IMG/VR virus record: IMGVR_UViG_3300022668_000040
Span: 12,089-76,088 of that record
Direction: 5' to 3' (one strand)
Source of the DNA: a virus
Length of the DNA stretch: 64,000 nt
Positions 47,839 to 55,824 of this stretch are shown here, in pieces (position 1 is the first letter of the stretch; each line of letters begins with the position of its first letter). The translations under genes were made by a program, and so were the position numbers. The notes beneath the pieces are model-generated. The model did not search any database, had not been told where the DNA came from, and saw nothing but the letters and a program-made list of their open reading frames with translations.

Positions 47839-47900
47839 TTGAGCAAATTGCATATTTGGAGGACATCATTAACAGTGATAACCAAATACCTTCGGCCCAA
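47839..47900 (-). ncRNA. Minimal Y-RNA-like RNA (unit D, about 62 nt)
   Basis: UUGGGC-C-GAA / UUU-GCUCAA helix, GUAUUUGG/CCAAAUAU second helix, UUAUC. Confidence 0.8.
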
Positions 47901-47911
47901 ATTTGTAAAAG

Positions 47912-48038
47912 TACCCACCTGCCACCTAGAGTGATATGTGCCACACTATGCGGCGAGATAAGTGGCAGGTGGTATTAAATTCGGATCAACGGGGGAGGAA
48001 TGGGTTGTGAGAGCCGTTTTATTTCCCGCTGATCCGAA
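47912..48038 (-). ncRNA. Two further hairpin RNAs at the head of the array
   Basis: CCACCUGCCAC-UUAUC...GUGGCAGGUGG (47915-47972) and UUCGGAUCAGCGGG...CCCGUUGAUCCGAA (47980-48038). Confidence 0.5.
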
Positions 48039-48055
48039 ACTCATTTCTTATACAC

Positions 48056-48084
48056 AAAATACTCTAAAACATTTTTTGTGTCAA
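48056..48084 (-). promoter_or_regulatory. Sigma70-type promoter upstream of the ncRNA array and Ro60
   Basis: TTGACA (48084-48079)-N17-TATTTT (48061-48056); first hairpin begins 18 nt downstream of the -10. Confidence 0.65.
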
Positions 48085-48100
48085 CAGAAAAAAACTACAT

Positions 48101-48421
48101 CTAATCTTTTTCATATACTTTGCTAGTTCTACGCATCAACTCTTGTAATAATTCATCCTCAGAAAATTGTGACAAAGACATAGCATTTTCTTCAGATACA
48201 GTACAGGTAAGTTCAGAAGTTTCTTCAATCTTATCCATAGATGAACAGATTGCTTTAAGTATAGGGAGACCAGAACATACAGACCTTATGTAGGGGCCAT
48301 TATGTGCAGATCTATACTCATACTCAGGAAGATCTACTTCCATAGAAATTAGTCCACATACATATATTCCTTTGTTGGTGTGTAAATGTAGTTCCCCGTG
48401 CAATTGGTATGTGTCCTTCAT
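48101..48421 (-). CDS. Hypothetical protein
   Basis: AGGAG SD; ATGA overlap with upstream gene. Confidence 0.55.
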   Translation of the reverse strand: MKDTYQLHGELHLHTNKGIYVCGLISMEVDLPEYEYRSAHNGPYIRSVCSGLPILKAICSSMDKIEETSELTCTVSEENAMSLSQFSEDELLQELMRRTSKVYEKD

Positions 48422-48846
48422 TTCTTTCTCCTTGCTATTCCTATAAATTTCCAAACATCTTGCCATTTAGCTATCATTTGGGCATCCTCATCAATATGTA
48501 ACCTGAATATACACTGCCCTTTATCTCCCTCAATGGACATAACTGTAGATAATTTTGAAAATGGTCCTTCTAAGAAACACCCGTGAAACCCGTCCGGGCT
48601 TATCCCTATAGCATATTTTACACTGGTATGATATTTTAATTCCTCTTTTCTAGGAGAAGGAAAAGGCCCTATCCATCCATAAACAGGACCTCTAAAGTGC
48701 TGGTCGGATCTTGGATAATACCAAGTATTCTCTTCCAGCATAAATACCATTAATTCTTTGGAAAGAATTTCACACTCTGTTCCAAATAAATCAGTGTATA
48801 TCAGGTACACCCCAGATTTTTTTGGATTTTCATTTTGTATTTTCAT
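48418..48846 (-). CDS. Hypothetical protein
   Basis: Coupled 142-aa ORF (P.KSG.YL...W...GWIGP). Confidence 0.55.
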   Translation of the reverse strand: MKIQNENPKKSGVYLIYTDLFGTECEILSKELMVFMLEENTWYYPRSDQHFRGPVYGWIGPFPSPRKEELKYHTSVKYAIGISPDGFHGCFLEGPFSKLSTVMSIEGDKGQCIFRLHIDEDAQMIAKWQDVWKFIGIARRKK

Positions 48847-49739
48847 ACTTTTTCATTACATAATATATGCCAATCTTCAATTTTACCAAGTATGGATTTG
48901 AACCCATATCTGTTGCAAATATCTTTTATCGACGATATAGTTACGTGGTCATCCTGTAAAACATATCTAGGAGTGCCCGCAAACGGTAATTTTACCAATT
49001 TTCGATTATGCTTTACTCGGATATGTCCAGCTGGCCTTTCTATAGCTTTATAGGCCTTATAATGTGCAGGAAGCTCCCCGCGTAAGTATTTTAATGCAGT
49101 TACTTCCCCCACTCTCATTCTTTTCTTTGTTTTATCCGATTGTGGAATTGGTATTCCCAACACATTATCTGAGGAACATCCTCCAATTGCTTTTACCTCA
49201 CCCCATAATTTTGGAGATATTTTATACTTATTGGAAAAGCTAGATAAAGTAAAAGGCATATTTGTTCTCGTATCAATTATGGATACATTTTTTGTTAATA
49301 ATTGATACATGTCTTTATCCCCGCTATAAATAACAATTTGTTCATAGGAGTATGAATCACATATTGAAGCTATGATATCATCAGCTTCAAATCCAGGCGC
49401 TCCAAAAATATTAGAAAATCCTAGTTCTTGCAAAAGTTTTGTTTCTATCTCTGCAAATTGCGGATATGCCAGGGCATCAAGAGCCATCTGCTCTTCTGTC
49501 TTATTTTTACTTCTTTTTTCTTTGTATATTTTTGATAATTTTTTTCTATGACTTTCTTGACTGTCCAAAGCAAACACTACTTTAGTTGGTCTCACCTTCC
49601 TAAATAAATAAGGAAGATTCATCATAAAACCATATATTACAAATGTTGGTTTATCTTCATTCGATAATCTATGTTTACCCAAACTAAACTTTACTGCATG
49701 CAGTATAGCACTCAAATCGATTACAAGTATTCTTTCCAT
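48843..49739 (-). CDS. 5'-3' exonuclease / flap endonuclease (PIN + H3TH)
   Basis: LVID, FALDS...RK.....YK..R, GFEADDIIAS, SGDKDMYQL, G.SSDN..G. Confidence 0.9.
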   Translation of the reverse strand: MERILVIDLSAILHAVKFSLGKHRLSNEDKPTFVIYGFMMNLPYLFRKVRPTKVVFALDSQESHRKKLSKIYKEKRSKNKTEEQMALDALAYPQFAEIETKLLQELGFSNIFGAPGFEADDIIASICDSYSYEQIVIYSGDKDMYQLLTKNVSIIDTRTNMPFTLSSFSNKYKISPKLWGEVKAIGGCSSDNVLGIPIPQSDKTKKRMRVGEVTALKYLRGELPAHYKAYKAIERPAGHIRVKHNRKLVKLPFAGTPRYVLQDDHVTISSIKDICNRYGFKSILGKIEDWHILCNEKV

Positions 49740-49743
49740 AATA

Positions 49744-49775
49744 ATAATGCCGCCTAATTTCTCAGGCGGCATTAT
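49744..49775 (-). terminator. Hairpin between the 166-aa ORF and the exonuclease
   Basis: ATAATGCCGCCT-N8-AGGCGGCATTAT. Confidence 0.5.
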
Positions 49776-49794
49776 GCAGAAGGGCGCTATTTGA

Positions 49795-50295
49795 TTACTC
49801 AAACAGTAGATCGATAACTTCTTCTCGCAGATCTGCGAGCTTTGCCTTTGTATCAACCCCATCTGTGAGATCTTCATCCTCAATCAGCTGGAGCAAATCC
49901 TTCTTGCTCATCTTTTGGATATCTTCAGGAAGGATATCATCTTCTTCGCCACCTTCAGCCCCCTCCTCTGGATCATCTTCTGGATCATCTTCATATACTT
50001 CAGAATCGTACCCAGGCTGTCCTGCATCCTCAACTCCAAATTTCTCGGCCATATCAGCTGCTTTTTCTTCCAGCATAGCAGTAAGCTCTTCATACACAGC
50101 GTCTGTAGCCTGCTGAATATCCTCATCATCTTTGATATTTTTTGTCAGCCCAATTGAAATTTTTGGATTTCCAAATTCTCCAGATGTTCCAACCATCACT
50201 GAGAGTCTGCGATCCTCAGAAAATTCTGCGGAGCAGGGTTCTGGAGTAGTAGTTGCTTTCTTTGGGGATTTGCCAGTTGTTGAACGTCGTCTCAT
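49795..50295 (-). CDS. Acidic hypothetical protein with a small C-terminal helical domain
   Basis: Arg-rich start, D/E-rich linker, DIQKMSKKDLLQLI...LREEVI. Confidence 0.6.
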   Translation of the reverse strand: MRRRSTTGKSPKKATTTPEPCSAEFSEDRRLSVMVGTSGEFGNPKISIGLTKNIKDDEDIQQATDAVYEELTAMLEEKAADMAEKFGVEDAGQPGYDSEVYEDDPEDDPEEGAEGGEEDDILPEDIQKMSKKDLLQLIEDEDLTDGVDTKAKLADLREEVIDLLFE

Positions 50296-50296
50296 A

Positions 50297-51469
50297 TCAA
50301 TACCTTTTTTTCCTTTTTGGTTTTAATTTACGAATGGCTTCGTCATATGCTGCTTGGCACAAAGAAAATAAATCTTCATGCAAATTATGTTCTTCGATAT
50401 ACATCACACTTTCTTTAAGAGTTCTATCGACCTCCCTTTTTTTACTGTCTATTTTTTTAGGAATAAAACCTAGAGAATTTAATTTTTCTCCATTTTTTTT
50501 CCATTTTTTTTCATTTAACAAAAAGAGAACACAGGCAGTGGTATTATCTAATCCGTATCCATACAGACTTGAAAAAAATGCAGATCCCTTCCCGCCTGTT
50601 AGTTTATTTTTCTCCACTTTTGCCTGAATATCAGTGACACTTATTCGGTTATTGGTTTTTGTATTCTTAACACATGCCAACCAGATCTCATGCGCAGAAT
50701 AAAAGCGAAGGGCTTTTCCCCCAGACCGTGTTTTTGGGGAGAACATAGCCCCAAATCCGATATTTTCTCTAACCTGGGAGATTATAACCACCAAAGACTC
50801 TGTTTGCTTTATCCCCTGAGTTCTGAGAGAAAACATCTCAGAAGCTTTTTTAGCTTTACCATCTCCGTAGCTACCTGTGGATTCTTTGCCAGAATCACGA
50901 AGCTTTCTATTCTTTACATCCTTTTCTTGAGCAGCTTCCGAAGTTAATGCATCAAAACTGTCAAGAATGTAAATAAAAGGAACTCCCGTAGCAATAGCTT
51001 TTGCTAGATTGTCAGAAAAATCTTCTATTGTAACACTCTGGTGTAATCCGTCATAAGTAGTCTTTTCCTTCGTCTGAGCAATAGCTGCTAAATCCTCCAT
51101 ACGATCAACAACTGCATTTCCAAATAATGCTTGTATATTGAACGCATTTGCTGCTTCAACATCATCATATATGAAACGGTAATGACCAAATCTTTCATAT
51201 ATTGACATCTCTGCAAATATGGTAAATCCTAGCAGGGTTTTTCCTGCATGACTATCACCTATTATATTTACTATTGTTCCCGGACAAAATGCCCCTTCTA
51301 CCCTTCCAGAACATTCCAAATTAAGGGGAGTAATTCCTGTTGGAATTAATTTTAATGGATCAATAATAATAGGCACATCTGTTTCATTAACAAATTGAGA
51401 AAATCCTTCGGTGATATCTTCTGGAGATCCTTTCTCAATTTTTTTTAAACGTCTCCTTGGTCTAACCAT
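50297..51469 (-). CDS. recA: RecA/UvsX-family recombinase
   Basis: IPTG...LN, GDSHAGKT Walker A, YILDS..AL, ISQVRE.IG, SGGKAL.FYS, KNK. Confidence 0.9.
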   Translation of the reverse strand: MVRPRRRLKKIEKGSPEDITEGFSQFVNETDVPIIIDPLKLIPTGITPLNLECSGRVEGAFCPGTIVNIIGDSHAGKTLLGFTIFAEMSIYERFGHYRFIYDDVEAANAFNIQALFGNAVVDRMEDLAAIAQTKEKTTYDGLHQSVTIEDFSDNLAKAIATGVPFIYILDSFDALTSEAAQEKDVKNRKLRDSGKESTGSYGDGKAKKASEMFSLRTQGIKQTESLVVIISQVRENIGFGAMFSPKTRSGGKALRFYSAHEIWLACVKNTKTNNRISVTDIQAKVEKNKLTGGKGSAFFSSLYGYGLDNTTACVLFLLNEKKWKKNGEKLNSLGFIPKKIDSKKREVDRTLKESVMYIEEHNLHEDLFSLCQAAYDEAIRKLKPKRKKRY

Positions 51470-51474
51470 AAAAC

Positions 51475-52443
51475 TTATCTCCGACGACGTTTGCGTCTCA
51501 CGGGCCGGGAAGCAGTTGAAGTGGACCGTCTTCTCTTAGAAGAGCTATCTGACGATTTTCTTCTTCTGGAATATCTTTGGTTTTTTCTTTCTTCATCAGT
51601 ATATAAGGGCACATCATCTCCAGCTGACATTGACACCCTATCATCAAATCCTTCTTCCTCTTCTTCCTCCTCTTCATCAATAAGTTTCATTTCCTTCAAT
51701 GTTCCAAGAAATGCCTCATTGATTTCATTATACGAAGGATGCATATTAACTATGGAATCAAGAGGGAACGTTTGATCAAGAATTCTATCTGGTATAGGCC
51801 CTTCACGATCAAGCAGCTTATGCCCTACATACTCAGTATCCCTGCCTTTACCAACTCGCTCCCATGACAAAGATTTTCCAGTATCAATATCAGAAAAATC
51901 TACATATCCTCCACCTCTTGGCAGTTTGGCAATTCCTGCTAATGGTTTTTCTACCAAATGCCAGGATGCTTCCCAGATCTGTAATCCTTTCTTCTCATCC
52001 TTTCGGGTGTCATGCACCCATACAAAGTAGAGCACCCTCTTCTTTGTAGCAATTTTTGCCCAATCTTCTTTTTCCAGTTTATTTGCTTTGATGTATTCGC
52101 AAATTGGACACGGTAGCCCAAAATTTTCAAAAGGGCATACAAATGGGGTTTTCATTGCGCCGATATTTTGATGCACGGCCAGTTGCAATACATAGTCAAG
52201 ATCACCCTCATCTGTTATTGGCTGAAGATTGCTGTCAAATGGCATATCTTTACCGGCAATAAATGGGATGATATCCACATAATGATCACCCTCTTTGCAA
52301 GACCAAATATCCACTCCTGCGGGTATCTTGTCCTTTAAAAGTATACTGGGATACCTCCCCCCTTCATTCACTGCCCCTTTGCTATGTCTTTTATGTAAGG
52401 ATGATTTTTTCTTCTTGTATCGCGACCGAAAATTTACACTCAT
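51475..52443 (-). CDS. Putative single-stranded DNA-binding protein (T4 gp32-like)
   Basis: H...CP...G..CPICE, R.G.G..T.Y, acidic tract; adjacent to recA. Confidence 0.7.
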   Translation of the reverse strand: MSVNFRSRYKKKKSSLHKRHSKGAVNEGGRYPSILLKDKIPAGVDIWSCKEGDHYVDIIPFIAGKDMPFDSNLQPITDEGDLDYVLQLAVHQNIGAMKTPFVCPFENFGLPCPICEYIKANKLEKEDWAKIATKKRVLYFVWVHDTRKDEKKGLQIWEASWHLVEKPLAGIAKLPRGGGYVDFSDIDTGKSLSWERVGKGRDTEYVGHKLLDREGPIPDRILDQTFPLDSIVNMHPSYNEINEAFLGTLKEMKLIDEEEEEEEEGFDDRVSMSAGDDVPLYTDEERKNQRYSRRRKSSDSSSKRRRSTSTASRPVRRKRRRR

Positions 52444-52452
52444 ATAGTACTC

Positions 52453-52938
52453 CTACCTAATTCTTCGAGTTTTTAAATGCTTTTTTTGTGCGGCATGAGA
52501 AGGGCTTTCACTCATGCCCCCTCTTCTATTTCTTGGTTCAGAGTAGATGCCAGTTACTTTCAGCGATACCAAGTTTTCTAAGGCCTTTTTTCTATGCTCA
52601 AATGCGTTTTTGGCCGCAAGCATATCATTTACCACTCTGTTTGCAGTGATATGTGCATGCTCCACCTTCATATACTCTTTCATTGTGAGTATTTTTTCTT
52701 TCAAAGCCGCCTCTGTTGGCCTGACATCAAAATATTTTGTATGTTCCTTCTTGAGCATACTATACAATCTAGCATAAGTAAGATCAAGGAGAGATTTAGC
52801 TTTATCTCTATTAAAAATTGCTTCAGCATGAGCACTGGCGTAATGTAAATATTTCTCTGCCTGCTCTACCCACTCTTGTTCCAAATTATTTTCATCTATT
52901 CTGATATCATTTGCAATAGATCTGACTCTTCGTGTCAT
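52453..52938 (-). CDS. UvsY-like recombination mediator
   Basis: IDE.NL..E..Q...Y, PTEA.L, AFEHRK..L..L; position next to SSB and recA. Confidence 0.55.
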   Translation of the reverse strand: MTRRVRSIANDIRIDENNLEQEWVEQAEKYLHYASAHAEAIFNRDKAKSLLDLTYARLYSMLKKEHTKYFDVRPTEAALKEKILTMKEYMKVEHAHITANRVVNDMLAAKNAFEHRKKALENLVSLKVTGIYSEPRNRRGGMSESPSHAAQKKHLKTRRIR

Positions 52939-53210
52939 ATTACTTCCTGTTCAGTACAAGTATATCTTACAATTTCAAAGCTAGGACAACATACTTCTAA
53001 CTTATAACTGCCCGTAGTGTGTATATTATGCTTTTTTGCTAACTTTTCTGAAATTAAAGTTCCACATATATCATTCAAATTTGGTTTTTTATGGTATATT
53101 TTTCCATGTTCACTCAAATTTGTTGTTTGGGAATACCTGCCTGTTTTTGGGGTATAGTACAGTACTGTTCCTACTAGCCTTATTTTATATACATGAAATG
53201 TATTCTCCAT
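52935..53210 (-). CDS. Hypothetical protein
   Basis: ORF coupled to the downstream gene; start uncertain. Confidence 0.45.
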   Translation of the reverse strand: MENTFHVYKIRLVGTVLYYTPKTGRYSQTTNLSEHGKIYHKKPNLNDICGTLISEKLAKKHNIHTTGSYKLEVCCPSFEIVRYTCTEQEVI

Positions 53211-53381
53211 ACAATATGTCCTATGCAAAGTAAAACAAAAATGATTATGGACCACTTTAAACCAACTTGTTGGAAACAGTATTTTATATATCTTACAATA
53301 ATACTGTTTCCAAACAACATATCTATCACTTGAATAAGTGCCAGTAATTGCACCACATAGGTAATAATGCCATCCTCCTTT

Positions 53382-53714
53382 TTAGAATGGGTGCTTTTTT
53401 GATTTGCTTATCCGAGGAGCATTTATTTTACATTTGGAAAGATTATACTCCCAAAACCCTCCCTCCTTTATCTCAGGAATAATAGTTTCTAAAAATTCCC
53501 AAAGAACATATTTTTCTCTAGCGCCGGATGCTTTATGGTTTTCAGCAAATTTCAAAGCATCATGGAGAGTATAAAATTGCTCTACATATTCTTTTGGAAT
53601 ATAAAAAATTTCAGCCTGTTCATCCTTGGAAAAAGACCGTATCCACATGGCGGATCTTTCCAAAAAATTAGCTACAGAATTAAAAATTCCATTCGCGCAC
53701 ATAAATTCCTCCAT
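53382..53714 (-). CDS. Hypothetical protein
   Basis: 110-aa ORF. Confidence 0.45.
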   Translation of the reverse strand: MEEFMCANGIFNSVANFLERSAMWIRSFSKDEQAEIFYIPKEYVEQFYTLHDALKFAENHKASGAREKYVLWEFLETIIPEIKEGGFWEYNLSKCKINAPRISKSKKHPF

Positions 53715-53762
53715 ACTATATTTTATAGCAATTATTTTCTCAGTTTGTCCACAAATACATTA

Positions 53763-53948
53763 TTATATTATATACATATCCAAATTTTTGCCTATTGCAA
53801 TATCTTCTTGAATAGTTATTATTTGTTCATTCACATCTATTTCTAATAAAAGCTTCTTTGGAATCCAAATAGTCTTATCATCAAATAAAAAATTGATAGC
53901 CAACTCTGTTTCACATATTACCTCATCATAGCACACATCTACCTGCAT
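53763..53948 (-). CDS. Small hypothetical protein
   Basis: GGAG SD; ETE.A.......WIPK pattern. Confidence 0.5.
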   Translation of the reverse strand: MQVDVCYDEVICETELAINFLFDDKTIWIPKKLLLEIDVNEQIITIQEDIAIGKNLDMYII

Positions 53949-53950
53949 TG

Positions 53951-54880
53951 TTATTCTCCTCCATATATACAGTAAAAACATGCCATAGATAACCCAGGTT
54001 TTCCTGTATCGTAAAAATTTTTGGAAAAAGATTCCATCACCGTATATGCACGAAAATTTCCAGAATTTAATAATACTGATTGCATATACCCTAAAACAGC
54101 TCTTCTTACCGATTCAGGATCGGCATCGAGTGACTTTATAATTTGGGCAATTCTTTTCCACTGTGCAGATTCATTCATATTCTCCGCAAGCAGTGCTCTG
54201 CACAGGGTGGCTACATCATCTTCAGAACTGCTTGCAGACTGTAATGCGGCTATTGCCTTTCTCACATTACGTATGTCAATTACCATATCCAACAACTTTA
54301 ATGCTTGCCCGGCTGAACCATCTGCAATTTCTACAATTCTGTCCGTCACTTCTGCTGCAATGTTCACACGTTCTTTTTTAAGCACACGTTTAAGAAGAGT
54401 TTTCATCTCTCCTTCTTTCAGTTTTGCCAAGGTATATGTGTGACATCTGCGCTTTAATGTCCCTTTCAATTTTTCTGGGTTAGTGGTACATATAATCCAG
54501 TGTACAAATTTTGGAGGCTCTTCCAAGCTTTTTAACAGACACTCTTGAGCTTGTGGAGTAATCTGGTGGGCCTCATCCAACATAATAACCCGAACTGGAC
54601 CCCCCATCGGAGCAAATTGCATTTGCTCTAGTAACTCTTTAACTGCATCTATACCTCTATCATGGGCTGCATTTAGTTCCTTCCAATCCAGCCTATCACA
54701 CCGCAATTCATTACCTACAATCCTCGCCAGTGTGGTTTTCCCTGTTCCTGCTTCTCCTGTAAATAAAAATGCAGCTGGAGGTTTCTCCCTATCCAATACA
54801 TTACGTAGGGATTCTATTGTACTGGCATTCCCTATTAATTGATCTAATTTTTTTGCTCTATATTCCGTGTGCAAAGACAT
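53951..54880 (-). CDS. dnaX: Clamp-loader AAA+ ATPase (DnaX gamma/tau-like)
   Basis: SLH..YR, GEAGTGKTT, ELNAA..RGID, LDEAH, LLKSLEEPP, RRC. Confidence 0.85.
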   Translation of the reverse strand: MSLHTEYRAKKLDQLIGNASTIESLRNVLDREKPPAAFLFTGEAGTGKTTLARIVGNELRCDRLDWKELNAAHDRGIDAVKELLEQMQFAPMGGPVRVIMLDEAHQITPQAQECLLKSLEEPPKFVHWIICTTNPEKLKGTLKRRCHTYTLAKLKEGEMKTLLKRVLKKERVNIAAEVTDRIVEIADGSAGQALKLLDMVIDIRNVRKAIAALQSASSSEDDVATLCRALLAENMNESAQWKRIAQIIKSLDADPESVRRAVLGYMQSVLLNSGNFRAYTVMESFSKNFYDTGKPGLSMACFYCIYGGE

Positions 54881-55068
54881 TATCTTTTTCCTGTAGTATT
54901 TCTTGGTAATAAAGAACTGCTTTCTTTATGTTGCTCACGTAGCTTTAGCCAGTCCAACAAAACGTGTCTGACTACAGCTGACCGTGAAGTGGATAAAGCT
55001 CTAGCTTCCTCATTTAAAGCTACTTCTATTTTCTCAGGGACTGTAATTGAAAATGTTTTTCCAGGCAT
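54880..55068 (-). CDS. Ribbon-helix-helix (CopG-like) regulator
   Basis: KTFSITVPE.I...L...A....SRSAVVR..L. Confidence 0.7.
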   Translation of the reverse strand: MPGKTFSITVPEKIEVALNEEARALSTSRSAVVRHVLLDWLKLREQHKESSSLLPRNTTGKR

Positions 55069-55137
55069 AGTTTTTTGTAGTAAAATTATTAAGTAAATTT
55101 ATACTTAATAAAAAATTAATAAAAAGTCAATAAAAAA

Positions 55138-55527
55138 TTACTCATCTTGGTTTGTTTGATGAAAATATGTATCTATCATGTCACACACTCTACCTTTTGC
55201 AATAGGGGTCAACTGTATAATTTGTGCGCTAGCTAATTCTCCTTGAGAGAATATAACAAATTTAGCCAAATCACGCCAAATTTGCCCGTAAATCCACCCA
55301 GAAGAAAAGAATACTTGACACACACTCAAACAATGCTCGCATGTTTTTGATACATACATTTTATCTTTCAAATAAATAACATCAACCAGATAGTCATATC
55401 CAATATTTATTATTTCCCCACACTCAGTGCAGGTGTGGGGGATTTTTGCTGTAACAATGCGCGATAACTTAACCGTGCATAACTCTGATGATTCCAATTT
55501 AAACGGTACTGTGATTGCGCATTCCAT
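55138..55527 (-). CDS. Hypothetical zinc-binding protein
   Basis: TAK..H.CTECG...KTCEHC. Confidence 0.6.
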   Translation of the reverse strand: MECAITVPFKLESSELCTVKLSRIVTAKIPHTCTECGEIINIGYDYLVDVIYLKDKMYVSKTCEHCLSVCQVFFSSGWIYGQIWRDLAKFVIFSQGELASAQIIQLTPIAKGRVCDMIDTYFHQTNQDE

Positions 55528-55538
55528 ATCTATAACTC

Positions 55539-55820
55539 CTACATTATAGAAACTTCGCCTATAATGAATACATTCCAGTTTATCCCGCTGAGCACATCAT
55601 CATTAATGAACGCCAATACTTCCTCCACCTCTGTATTCTTAAAAAATTCATAATGATTCCAGAAATGAGAGAAGTTATCAACATCATCCTTGGCAAGTAT
55701 AAATATGGTTCTCTCACTTACGTTATCTGTACGTTGCACCCAAATAACTGGGATTATCTCCCTTTGAAGAAATTTTTTAATTCCATTTCTTATCTCATTC
55801 TCTACTGATAGTTGTTGCAT
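55539..55820 (-). CDS. Hypothetical protein
   Basis: Tightly packed 93-aa ORF. Confidence 0.5.
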   Translation of the reverse strand: MQQLSVENEIRNGIKKFLQREIIPVIWVQRTDNVSERTIFILAKDDVDNFSHFWNHYEFFKNTEVEEVLAFINDDVLSGINWNVFIIGEVSIM

Positions 55821-55824
55821 TGTA

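Noticed and set aside
46585-48040. CRISPR array
   Set aside because: Repeated motifs are short, degenerate, irregularly spaced and pair as RNA stems; no cas genes
55102-55130. Promoter upstream of the RHH gene
   Set aside because: TTGACT is present but the -10 at 17-nt spacing (TAAGTA) is poor in a very AT-rich tract
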